This document shows positions 50,717 to 59,501 of a stretch of DNA of 64,000 nt, in pieces. Made by a program: the position numbers and the translations under genes. The notes below the pieces were generated by a model that saw nothing but the letters and a program-made list of their open reading frames with translations, was not told where the DNA came from and ran no database searches. Positions within the stretch are counted from its first letter, which is position 1. Each line of letters opens with the position of its first letter. Source of the DNA: Sedimentisphaerales bacterium (GTDB lineage Bacteria > Planctomycetota > Phycisphaerae > Sedimentisphaerales > Anaerobacaceae); assembly GCA_963708075.1 (NCBI GenBank), contig OY970194.1, forward strand, positions 2,784,001-2,848,000, given 5' to 3'.

Positions 50717-51763
50717 TCAGCGAGGCTGCTGTTCAAGCCTCTGCTTCCGCAATTCCTCCACCTCCTGGCGAAGCCGCTTGTTCTCCTGTCGCAGTTCCTC
50801 CACCATGCGAGGCATTTCATCGCCGCCTGCCTCGGGTCCCCCCTGCGGCTTGGGACTCCGGAGACGCTGCTCCAACTCGCGAGCCTCGCGGGCAAGGGCC
50901 TCGGCCTTCTTGATGTCGCCCCGCTTCTCGGCCCGCTCGGCCATCATACGCATGTGCTTGAGCTGGGATTCCATCTTGAAACGCTCGATCTTCTGCTTCC
51001 CGGCTTTGCTTTCGCGTTCGAGGTTCTCGGCCCTCTTCCATAGCTCGCTGGCTTCCTCGTAGCGCCCTTCACTCTTGGCTCGCGAGGATTTTTCGCGCAA
51101 TTCCGCCGCCTCCCTGCGCATCGCCTCCAGGTTCGCCGCCATGTTTCGGACCTGGAGTTCGGTGCGCATCTTCATCTCAACAGCTTCAGCCTCCTCGCGC
51201 AGGCGTCGAGCCTCTTCCTCGCGTCCGGCCGCCTCCGCATCACGAGCCTGATCCTGCAACCGCTCGATCCGCTCCCGCAACTTGGGGAACTGCGGCTCTT
51301 CCATTCCCGGCTTCCGCTCTCGCGAGCGGATCTCATCCATCAGTCTCTCCCCGCGACGGCGCAGCTCCATCGCCTCCTCGCGCCGTCCCTCCCGCTCAGC
51401 ACGTCCGATGGCCTCTTTGATCTCCATCAACTCGCGCTGCATCGGGTCCATCGGGCCCGGCCCCGCACCAAACATCGCCCCCGGCCCCATGCCGGGCATC
51501 GGCCCCTGCCGGGCCATCTGATCAAGCTCGTCCGCCTGGCGGCGCAACTGATCCGCAAGCTCCTGAGCCTGGCGAGCCCGCTCATGCAACTGCCGGGCGT
51601 ACTCATGAATCGGAGGCATCGGGGGCTGGGGCTCCATCGGCCGCTCAGGACTGGGCTGAAAAACCGGCGGGCCGCCCCCGGGACGGTCCTGGGCTTGTGA
51701 AGCCAATACAAAAGCCAGGATGACGGCCAGGACTATGACAGCAAGATCGTTTTTCTTCCACAT
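50717..51763 (-). CDS. Secreted coiled-coil/helical repeat hypothetical protein
   Basis: AAGGAAGG RBS, signal peptide, E/R/A-rich helices with recurring A..EGR.EEA..L motif. Confidence 0.7.
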   Translation of the reverse strand: MWKKNDLAVIVLAVILAFVLASQAQDRPGGGPPVFQPSPERPMEPQPPMPPIHEYARQLHERARQAQELADQLRRQADELDQMARQGPMPGMGPGAMFGAGPGPMDPMQRELMEIKEAIGRAEREGRREEAMELRRRGERLMDEIRSRERKPGMEEPQFPKLRERIERLQDQARDAEAAGREEEARRLREEAEAVEMKMRTELQVRNMAANLEAMRREAAELREKSSRAKSEGRYEEASELWKRAENLERESKAGKQKIERFKMESQLKHMRMMAERAEKRGDIKKAEALAREARELEQRLRSPKPQGGPEAGGDEMPRMVEELRQENKRLRQEVEELRKQRLEQQPR

Positions 51764-51803
51764 ATGGTTAACCTTCCTTTCTTATGTCAGTCCCTGTGGG
51801 ACA

Positions 51804-53102
51804 TCAAAGGACGATTTGCTCCTTTTCCAAATCGAACCTGGCGACTTTGCCTTCTCGCAGGCCGAGCATGCCCATCTGCAGCGCGGTCTGGACGTAATAG
51901 GCCAGGTCCATCGGGCTTTCCGTCTCCTTCTTCCCGGACCGGCAGCAGGCCAGGAAGTTCTTCCAGTAGCCCGTGAAGTCCTCGCCGTGCTCAATGGCGA
52001 ATCGCTGTGGTTTTTTGTTCGAGCCGTCGGCTGGAATAAAGACGATTTCATTGCCCTGAAGCGTCAGCGTGCCGTCCCAGCCGCGGATTGTCGGCACCCT
52101 GCCGGGAGCGCCGCGACCACCGGCGGCGCCCTGGTAGTCATTGCCCTGCGTCCCAAGCACCGCGACGGTGATCTTCTCCGGGTAGTCGATAAGGGTATTG
52201 AACGTGTCCGGAATCTCGCGTTCCTGGTAGCGGAACTTGCCGCCGGTGGCGACGACCATACTGGGCATCTTGACGCCCAGCATGTATAGCAGCGGCGTCA
52301 GGCCGTGCGGGAACAGGTCCGTGGAGGGTCCGCCTGCGTAGTCCTCGTACATCCGCCACCGGAAGAACCGGCTGACGTCGAACGGCCGCTTCGGAGTGTC
52401 GCCGAGGAAGGCCTCCCAATTCAGGTCCGGCCCGGGCTTGGCGTTCGGATCGTCGATGGGCATGCCGCGCTCGCCCCAGTCGCCGACACGGAAATAACCG
52501 CACTCCGCGTGAATCGGCTGGCCGATCAGTCCATCCTGCAGGAGCTTTCGCATCTGGCGCCATGCGCTATCCGACATCCCCTGCGTCCCGAGCTGAAACG
52601 CCCGGTCGGATTCGCGAACGGTGTGCGCGAGGCGCTTGGTCAGCTCGAACTGCCGCCAGTGCGTCACCGGTTTTTCGCAGTACACGTGCTTTCCGGCCTT
52701 GATCGCGTCGACGGCCTGGTATCCATGGACATGGTCCGGCGTGGCGATGCAGACGACATCCACGTTCGGGTCGGCCAGCAACTCATGGTAATCCATGTAC
52801 GCCTTGCCGCCATAACCTTCGACCCGTTTCATCAGCCGGGGCCGGTACACGTCACACGCGGCGACGATCTCGACTGATTCCTTCGCCTGCGTCTTGAGCC
52901 AGTGCACCGCCTCGAAGTGCGCCCCGCTGCGTCCCCCGCAGCCGATGAATCCAACCCCAAGCCGCTCATTGACCCCAAGCACCCTACCCACAAACGGCCC
53001 CCGTGCCATTCCCATCATCGCCGCCCCAGCCACCGCGCCCGCGCCGTGCATGAATCCTCGCCGGGTCATGCTTCCATCCCTATTCCTTTTGCTTTCGCTC
53101 AT
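51804..53102 (-). CDS. Tat-exported Gfo/Idh/MocA oxidoreductase
   Basis: TRRGFM, IGCGGR, ATPDH.H, YCEKP, DLFPH. Confidence 0.9.
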   Translation of the reverse strand: MSESKRNRDGSMTRRGFMHGAGAVAGAAMMGMARGPFVGRVLGVNERLGVGFIGCGGRSGAHFEAVHWLKTQAKESVEIVAACDVYRPRLMKRVEGYGGKAYMDYHELLADPNVDVVCIATPDHVHGYQAVDAIKAGKHVYCEKPVTHWRQFELTKRLAHTVRESDRAFQLGTQGMSDSAWRQMRKLLQDGLIGQPIHAECGYFRVGDWGERGMPIDDPNAKPGPDLNWEAFLGDTPKRPFDVSRFFRWRMYEDYAGGPSTDLFPHGLTPLLYMLGVKMPSMVVATGGKFRYQEREIPDTFNTLIDYPEKITVAVLGTQGNDYQGAAGGRGAPGRVPTIRGWDGTLTLQGNEIVFIPADGSNKKPQRFAIEHGEDFTGYWKNFLACCRSGKKETESPMDLAYYVQTALQMGMLGLREGKVARFDLEKEQIVL

Positions 53103-53154
53103 CGTGTTTATCCTCACAGAAGTGCATGGGCAACGGACTTGCCCACGCCGCAAA

Positions 53155-54135
53155 TCATCGTTTACTCCCGACTAACGGCTGGGTCGCGACCCACTGGCCG
53201 TAAAGTTCATCAATTTGGGCCATCTCTATGCGGCCATCCCAGAGGGCTACACCATAGTGCAAGACGAGGGGTTTGCCGGCTAACACCTCCAAGGGCTCTT
53301 CGTGAAGTCTCATTGTAGCCGACAGATATGCAAACGGCTTGGCCATCGTGAACCAGGTCGCCGGATAACGTGGGTTATCGAGATGGTCGAACATCGCCAC
53401 GGTTACGAGCTTGCCGTCAGCCTTGGCCGTATATGCGCACCATCGAGAGCACAGCAGCCGCTCCTCGCCCCGGAAGATTACGCCGGGATCCCTGTCCGGG
53501 TTGCGGAACTCGCCATCAGCATCCATCGAGCGAATGAATCGCATGCCAAGCCCGTGATAGTGCGCGCCGCTGAGCAACACGGATTTCTTGCCCGCCGGGA
53601 CTGCCAGTTCACATGTCCATGTCAGAACCGTGGCGGCAGGCTGACCAGCCCGGCCGGCAGTAACTATCCGACGCTCTGATAGCATACTCTCCCCGTCATC
53701 TTGCGAGAACCACCCGATGTCTTCCGCAAAGCAGGCCCAGCGGCAACACTGCGGACCATCCACGGCGACATCCCTGATCCGCTGGTGCCATTGCTTCCCG
53801 AGCGGTGACTGCCCCGCGGTCTCACCCCAGAAATCCACGCCGTTCACGTCGCAGGCAAACATCAGGCCGTGGTGATGCACGTGGTCCGGCGGGGAATCCA
53901 ACAGCACGTTCACCCCGCCGGGCGTGAATAGCTGCTTGATATAGGGTTTGAACGAAACATCGCCAAAGCGATACTTCGAGAGGGATGCATTTCCCGTATG
54001 AATCGTCACGGAGTTCGCGTCCACAGTGACTTCCCATGGGGGTTGTACAGCAGCCACTCGTGACGCTGCCGGAGCAGTGGTGCAGAACACCGGAACAACG
54101 ATCATTGCCACAAATTCCATACACCTGCTGTTCAT
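53155..54135 (-). CDS. DUF6807/PmoA-family secreted protein
   Basis: KPYI..L.TP.G, P.DH.HHHGL, YHGLGMR, DH..NPR. Confidence 0.75.
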   Translation of the reverse strand: MNSRCMEFVAMIVVPVFCTTAPAASRVAAVQPPWEVTVDANSVTIHTGNASLSKYRFGDVSFKPYIKQLFTPGGVNVLLDSPPDHVHHHGLMFACDVNGVDFWGETAGQSPLGKQWHQRIRDVAVDGPQCCRWACFAEDIGWFSQDDGESMLSERRIVTAGRAGQPAATVLTWTCELAVPAGKKSVLLSGAHYHGLGMRFIRSMDADGEFRNPDRDPGVIFRGEERLLCSRWCAYTAKADGKLVTVAMFDHLDNPRYPATWFTMAKPFAYLSATMRLHEEPLEVLAGKPLVLHYGVALWDGRIEMAQIDELYGQWVATQPLVGSKR

Positions 54136-54148
54136 CTCTCCGCTCCTT

Positions 54149-54973
54149 TCATACAAACTGCTTGAGGTGCTTGATGCTTCGCTCGGCCTCGTCGATGGTG
54201 CCGCATTCGACGCTCATGACGATGTCACGCGGGGCGCCCTTGCAGAGCTCGACGATCTTCGCCCAGTCCACGACGCCGTCGCCGCAGGCACAGCCGACGG
54301 CGGTGCCGGTGACCTTGCCGCGCTCGGCTTCGGACTGCTGGACGGAGATGTCCTTGGCGTGCAGGTGCACGAGCCTGCTGCGGACGTGGCGCAGCCACTT
54401 GACCGGGTCCTCGCCGGCGAGGTAGCTGTTGCCGGTATCGAAATTGACGCCGATCGCCTTGGAGCGGACGAGCCCCACGATCTTGTCCAGCCCGTTGGGC
54501 GTTTTGCTGTACTGCTGGTGCGGCTCGATGCCGATCAGGATGCCGCGAGGCTCGGCCACGGCAGCGGCCTCCTTGAGCGTGTAACGAATCAGCGTGAAGT
54601 CCTCGTCCTCGGTCGTCCACGCCTGCTTGGGCCCTTCATCCGTATTGACCACCGGCGCCCCGCACTCGGCGGCGAAGCGGATCGCCTGCTTGAGGTACTC
54701 CGTGCCGATCTCCGGCTTGCACAGCGGCGTATGGGCGGACAAGCCGGACAGCTTGATCCCCGCCTTCTCGCACGCTCGCTTGATCCGGTACGGATCATCA
54801 AGCATCGAGACGCTGTGGAAATAGCCCGCCTCACTGAGCAGCTCGCGGCCCCAGTGCACCATGGGCTCGACGTATTCATAGCCCAACTGAGCCGCCTTCT
54901 GGACGCCCCACTCAAAAGACTTGTCCGCGTGCCGCACGTACTCCATGTTCACCCCGATCCCTACTTTTCCCAT
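54149..54973 (-). CDS. Sugar phosphate isomerase/epimerase (TIM barrel)
   Basis: GIEPH, NFDTGN, HLHAKD, GDG.VDW, SVE. Confidence 0.88.
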   Translation of the reverse strand: MGKVGIGVNMEYVRHADKSFEWGVQKAAQLGYEYVEPMVHWGRELLSEAGYFHSVSMLDDPYRIKRACEKAGIKLSGLSAHTPLCKPEIGTEYLKQAIRFAAECGAPVVNTDEGPKQAWTTEDEDFTLIRYTLKEAAAVAEPRGILIGIEPHQQYSKTPNGLDKIVGLVRSKAIGVNFDTGNSYLAGEDPVKWLRHVRSRLVHLHAKDISVQQSEAERGKVTGTAVGCACGDGVVDWAKIVELCKGAPRDIVMSVECGTIDEAERSIKHLKQFV

Positions 54974-55071
54974 CGCTGCACTCCTTCAAAATGAGTTGAT
55001 AGTTGGCGGTTCCCGGTTGACAGTAGGGGGCGAGCTTTTGCCGACAATTGTGAACTGACAACGGAGAACTC

Positions 55072-56382
55072 TCATTGGAATATCGCCCGCAGGCGGTCCA
55101 TCGTCACGAATAACAAAGACAACATCGCAATCACCCACATCGTGGGCTTCACGTCCCTGGTTTTGCCCGCCGCCAGCTTGATGAGCACGAACGAGATGAA
55201 GCCGAAGGCCAGGCCCCTGCTGATGCTGTAGCTCAAGGCGATCATCACCAGGATGATGAACGAGGGCATCGCTTCTTCCAGGTTGCTAAAGTCGATTCTC
55301 CGGATCTCCTTCATCATGAACAGGCCCACCATCACGAGCGCCGGGGCCGTCGCATACGACGGCACGATGCCGACGAGCGGCACGAACAGCAGGGCCAGGA
55401 CGAAGCACAGGGCCGTGACAAGCGCCGTCAGGCCGGTCCGCCCCCCTTGCTGAATCCCCGCGCCCGATTCGATGTAGGCCGTCACGTTCGACGTGCCGAG
55501 GACCGCGCCCACCATGCTGGCGGCCGTGTCGATCGCCAGCAGGCGGCCCAGGTCTTTGATCCTGCCGCGCTCGTCCACCATACGCGCCTCGTGACAGCAG
55601 GCGACCAGCGTGCCGATGCCGTCGAACATGTCCATGAACAACAGCGTGAACACACTGCCGAACAGGCTCCAGTGGAACGCGCCCAGAATATCCAGTCGAA
55701 ACGCCACCGGCCGGATATCGAAGTTGAAGGAGACCAGCGAGGCCGGCTTCTCGACGTATCCGAAGATCACCGCCAGTAGAGTGGAGAAGGCGATCCCGAT
55801 AAGCAGCGCCCCCTTGATTCTTCGTATCTCCAGAAATGCCATCATCAGCAGGCCGGCCAGACCGATCGCCACCGTGGCGGTCAGCGGACCGGCAGAGACG
55901 AGCGTCGCCTCGTTCTTCACGATGACTCCCATGTTGACCAGGCCAATGAACGTGATGAACAGGCCGATACCCACAGCGATGGCCGACACGAGGCTCACGG
56001 GGATGGCCTCCACCAGCCGCCTGCGCAGGCCCAGCAGCGTCAGCGTGAAACCCAGCAGGCCGGAAAGGAACACGACCCCGAGGGCGGTCTCCCACGTGAT
56101 CTGGTCCGCTTGGACGAGACTGTAGGCGAGAAACGCATTCAGTCCCATTCCCGGAGCCATGGCAATCGGAGCGTTGCCGATCAGGCCCATGACCGCCGTC
56201 ATGATGGCGCTGGCAATGCACGTGACGACGACGAGGGCCTGCTTATCCATGCCCGCGGCGCTGAGGATGGCGGGATTGACGAAGATGATGTACGCCATCG
56301 TCAGAAAGGTCGTCACTCCCGCGACCACTTCCGTCCGGGTCGTGGTCTGTCTGCTATCGAGCCGGAAGTACTCTTTGACCAT
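55072..56382 (-). CDS. NCS2/AzgA-type purine permease
   Basis: TTFLTMAYII.VNP.IL, APGMGLNAF, YIES..GI..GGRTGLT. Confidence 0.92.
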   Translation of the reverse strand: MVKEYFRLDSRQTTTRTEVVAGVTTFLTMAYIIFVNPAILSAAGMDKQALVVVTCIASAIMTAVMGLIGNAPIAMAPGMGLNAFLAYSLVQADQITWETALGVVFLSGLLGFTLTLLGLRRRLVEAIPVSLVSAIAVGIGLFITFIGLVNMGVIVKNEATLVSAGPLTATVAIGLAGLLMMAFLEIRRIKGALLIGIAFSTLLAVIFGYVEKPASLVSFNFDIRPVAFRLDILGAFHWSLFGSVFTLLFMDMFDGIGTLVACCHEARMVDERGRIKDLGRLLAIDTAASMVGAVLGTSNVTAYIESGAGIQQGGRTGLTALVTALCFVLALLFVPLVGIVPSYATAPALVMVGLFMMKEIRRIDFSNLEEAMPSFIILVMIALSYSISRGLAFGFISFVLIKLAAGKTRDVKPTMWVIAMLSLLFVTMDRLRAIFQ

Positions 56383-56419
56383 TGCGTCCCCTCACCTGAA
56401 CTTCATGTGCTGGCCCGAA

Positions 56420-57259
56420 TCACGGGCCCAGGCACTCGATCATCCCGGCGACCAGACTCGCCGAGTTCTTCGCTGCCAGAGAGTAGAAGATTTGCTTGTC
56501 CATCACCGCGCTCTCGTCGGCCTTGTCGCTCATGCTGCGGATCACCAGGCAGCCGACGCCCCGCTGGTAGCAGACCTGGGCAACGGCGGCCCCCTCCATC
56601 TCCACCGCATCGGCCCCGAGCTTCTCCTCAAGTTCCCTGCATTTATCCTTGGAAGCCACAAAGGCATCGCCGGTGACGATCGTCCCGGTGATCACCTTGG
56701 GAGGTCGCTTGCCGCTCTGGAGGGTGATGGGATCAAAGACCGCCTTGCGGGCGCCACAGTCAGCGGCAGCCAGGAGATTCGGGTCGGCCGGGAAGAAGAC
56801 GGGGTTGTCCTCGCCGGTGAGGCGGCTCTTGATGCCCCCGTGCTCCATGCCCTCCGGCCACAGGGTCCCCATGTCGTGGTGGGCTGTCCGCCTGGCGATG
56901 ACGATGTCGCCCGGCTCCAGGTTCGGGTCGATGGCACCTGCAATGCCCGTGAAGATGACTCGTGTCGGCCTGAAATGCTCGATCAGCAGCGTGGTCGTCA
57001 TCGCGGCATTGACCTTGCCGACCCCGGTCCACGCGACGACGATGAGTCTGTCCCCGAATCGGCCCGACATGAACGTGATGCCCTCGATCTCCTGCACCCT
57101 GGCATCGGTGAGCATCTTCTCCAGCAGCACGACCTCCGGCCGGAACGCCCCCAGCACCGCCAGAGGACGGACCGCTTGAGTCGACTTGCGTGTGGTGGTG
57201 CAGGACGTAAGCAGAAGTGTGAGTGCGAGCCAGGCAGTCACGAGAATACATCGTTTCAT
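56420..57259 (-). CDS. mtnN: 5'-methylthioadenosine/SAH nucleosidase with lipoprotein signal
   Basis: GVGKVNAA, FTGIAG, TGD.F, VEMEGAA, IRSMSD.AD; N-terminal MKR-hydrophobic-LTSC. Confidence 0.88.
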   Translation of the reverse strand: MKRCILVTAWLALTLLLTSCTTTRKSTQAVRPLAVLGAFRPEVVLLEKMLTDARVQEIEGITFMSGRFGDRLIVVAWTGVGKVNAAMTTTLLIEHFRPTRVIFTGIAGAIDPNLEPGDIVIARRTAHHDMGTLWPEGMEHGGIKSRLTGEDNPVFFPADPNLLAAADCGARKAVFDPITLQSGKRPPKVITGTIVTGDAFVASKDKCRELEEKLGADAVEMEGAAVAQVCYQRGVGCLVIRSMSDKADESAVMDKQIFYSLAAKNSASLVAGMIECLGP

Positions 57260-57359
57260 CGTTTCTTCCACCCGAAAGGGGTCTCTTACGTCCCTGAGGT
57301 CGTTTCAGTCCTTTAGGTCCCCTGGAATCTCAAGGACGCCAAGGACCTCAAAGACCCAA

Positions 57360-57443
57360 TGCGAGCGAGAGGAGTCGAACCTCCACGTCCTTTCGGACAC
57401 CAGGTCCTAAGCCTGGCGCGTATGCCAATTCCGCCACGCTCGC
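57360..57443 (-). tRNA. tRNA-Leu(TAG), CCA not encoded
   Basis: GCGAGCG acceptor stem, TGGCGGAATTGGCATACGC D-arm, CCAGG-CTTAGGA-CCTGG anticodon arm, GTCC-GAAA-GGAC variable arm, GGTTCGACTCC. Confidence 0.97.
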
Positions 57444-57589
57444 AGCGAACCGCCGTCTCCCCCTGCCCCAAGGGCTCCCGCCCTCACGGCCTCATCATTA
57501 TTACCCCCTGGCTGCCCTGCATCAACCGAAATCCACCATCCAGAGGTCGTCCACGCAACGCAGTTGTGACAGAACAAGCCCCATGCTGT

Positions 57590-57675
57590 GGGTGGCAGCG
57601 GCAAGCGCAGCCTGCGGAGCTTGCCGATGGCGGATGGGCAAACCATCGGTAAGCCGGCGCTTGCCGCTGCCATCC
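57590..57675. repeat. GGGTGGCAGCGGCAAGC...GCTTGCCGCTGCCA(T/C)CC palindromic element
   Basis: Arms nearly identical to 63176-63266; related copies at 18547-18635, 58736-58805 and 12072-12103. Confidence 0.85.
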
Positions 57676-57857
57676 GAAGATACGGAATCCTCAGTCGCAA
57701 TCGGTACCAGCGGCTCCTGCCCTGCTTGCCGATTGTCCTGCGGATTCGTATAATCCCTGGCGGTGGCTATCCGACTGAGGGGCAGACTGACCATCCTGAT
57801 GGATGGGCGGCGGATGCCATGCAAGCAACAGAAGGAACAAGTGGAGAATACTGACAC

Positions 57858-58724
57858 GTGAAGTTCGGCATGCTCGTAAATCCGAAGGCGGGAGGTACAA
57901 ATGCCGCGCGCAAGGCCAGAACGCTGCAGGCGGTCAAGGATATCCTGGGCGACTGCGAGATCCGGGGCCTGGATACCCAGTCCAGGGAGGAATTCGTGCA
58001 GTGCGGGGCCGATCTGGCCCGGGAGGCCGAAATCCTGATCATCGCCGGCGGCGACGGCTCTTTTTCCGATGCCGTCAATGCCCTGGATGCCGCTACCACC
58101 TTTTCCTACCTGCCGCTTGGGTCCGGCTGCGCCCTGGGCTACGCCCTGGACCTGCCGCCGCAACTGACCCGGGCCGCCAAAAAGATCAAGGAGGGCCGAT
58201 TGCGGCATCTCGACCTGATCCTGTGCGACGGCGAGCGAAAGGCCTTCATGAGCAGCGTCGGGATCGAGGGCGACATCATCAACCGCCGCGAGGTGCTCCG
58301 CGAGAGCGGCATCACCGGCCCGCAGGCCTACGCGTGGGCCACCTTCGGCTCGTTTTTCGCCGATCTCGAGCGCGGCGACATGTCCATCCTCGTCGATGGC
58401 CAGGAGTTGGTCGTGCCGGGCGCCGTCACGGCCATCGTGACGAAAATCCCCTACTACGGGTACAAGATGAAGATGGTTCCGCACGCTGTCTTCGATGATG
58501 GCTACCTGCACCTTCTCGCCATCAACTCGAGCTGGGGCGAGATCGTCCAGAACCTGGCCAACGCCTTTCTCAACGAGAACAAGATGGGCATCTACCGCAA
58601 GGCCGGCGAGATTCAGATCACCATGCAGCGGGAGCGCTACGCCCAAGTCGACGGCAACATCTATCGCAAGGGCACGTCCTTCCATTTCAAGGTCCTGCCG
58701 AAGGTCCTGAAAATGTGGTGCTGA
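57858..58724 (+). CDS. Diacylglycerol/lipid kinase family protein
   Basis: VNPKAG, AGGDGS, LPLGSG, YYG, DDG.L, QVDG. Confidence 0.85.
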   Translation: MKFGMLVNPKAGGTNAARKARTLQAVKDILGDCEIRGLDTQSREEFVQCGADLAREAEILIIAGGDGSFSDAVNALDAATTFSYLPLGSGCALGYALDLPPQLTRAAKKIKEGRLRHLDLILCDGERKAFMSSVGIEGDIINRREVLRESGITGPQAYAWATFGSFFADLERGDMSILVDGQELVVPGAVTAIVTKIPYYGYKMKMVPHAVFDDGYLHLLAINSSWGEIVQNLANAFLNENKMGIYRKAGEIQITMQRERYAQVDGNIYRKGTSFHFKVLPKVLKMWC

Positions 58725-58976
58725 CCCCGCGCCCCGGGTGGCACCGCCTCGATTGGACCAGACCATCCGACGCTTCACCGGCAAACAAGCTTGCCCGTGC
58801 CACCCATCCTGTGGCCAGACGGCCATCATAGGATGAATGAACCAGCCCCTTCTCTTCGGTCAGGCGCGACAGCCCCTTGCAGCCGGATGTCGCGTCCGAT
58901 AACCCTCCGGCCCTCCCTTGGCACAGCCGGGAGAGTGAATTATCCCCCCTGTCGCCCCAATTTTGGAGTTTTTTTC

Positions 58977-59005
58977 TTGACGGATGTTCAGCAACGCCCT
59001 AGCAT
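58977..59005 (+). promoter_or_regulatory. Sigma70-type promoter TTGACG-N17-TAGCAT
   Basis: Correctly spaced boxes preceded by a T-tract; ~490 nt upstream of the rny start. Confidence 0.6.
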
Positions 59006-59011
59006 GGCCGA

Positions 59012-59411
59012 CGAAATAGGCAACTGTGGACGAACAAAGTTACTGGTCATCCGTACTCTGCGTCATAGCGAAGGCTAATGCGGAGACGGATGGTACGCTG
59101 GGATGGGCATTTTTGAGCTCGTCTCATACGGTGGCTAAGTTGCGAAGACACCTTCATCAAGCCGATCGGAACGCGTGAAGACCCCGATGGTCTCTGTGTT
59201 CTGCGGCCCGTGAGGGCGAGTTTGGCGTGAAACGCAATCGACTCGCAAACGTGAATCGCTTTCCAGCGAGGGAGCGGTGGCATTGAGCATAAGATCAGTG
59301 AATATCCGGGCAATAACAAGTCTGCACATCGGTAGATTACCGGATGAACAGGGCTTAGGGCTCCTGTCGGGCTGATTTTTGGTCATTTGGCGAGTGGATT
59401 CTGCTGTTCAT
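59012..59411 (+). ncRNA. Structured non-coding RNA candidate upstream of rny (6S RNA-like part possibly ~59179-59363)
   Basis: Several stems with G-U pairs (59047-59093, 59216-59246, 59255-59278, 59319-59338, 59344-59351/59404-59411); no credible ORF; located before rny-ymdB. Confidence 0.45.
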
Positions 59412-59501
59412 GGCACTTCTTTGAGCTTTCCTGCCGGCCCATGCGTCTGGCGTCCCCAGTAGCCGTAATATCGCAACGCCGTGGTGTGGAAAGGTAGGAA
59501 C

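Noticed and set aside
53155..54135. Particulate methane monooxygenase
   Set aside because: Soluble secreted DUF6807/'PmoA-family' protein in a sugar oxidoreductase operon; no TM helices or pmoCB
57280..57443. Integrative element at tRNA-Leu
   Set aside because: No integrase and no duplicated tRNA 3' end noticed in the window; flanking genes look host-like
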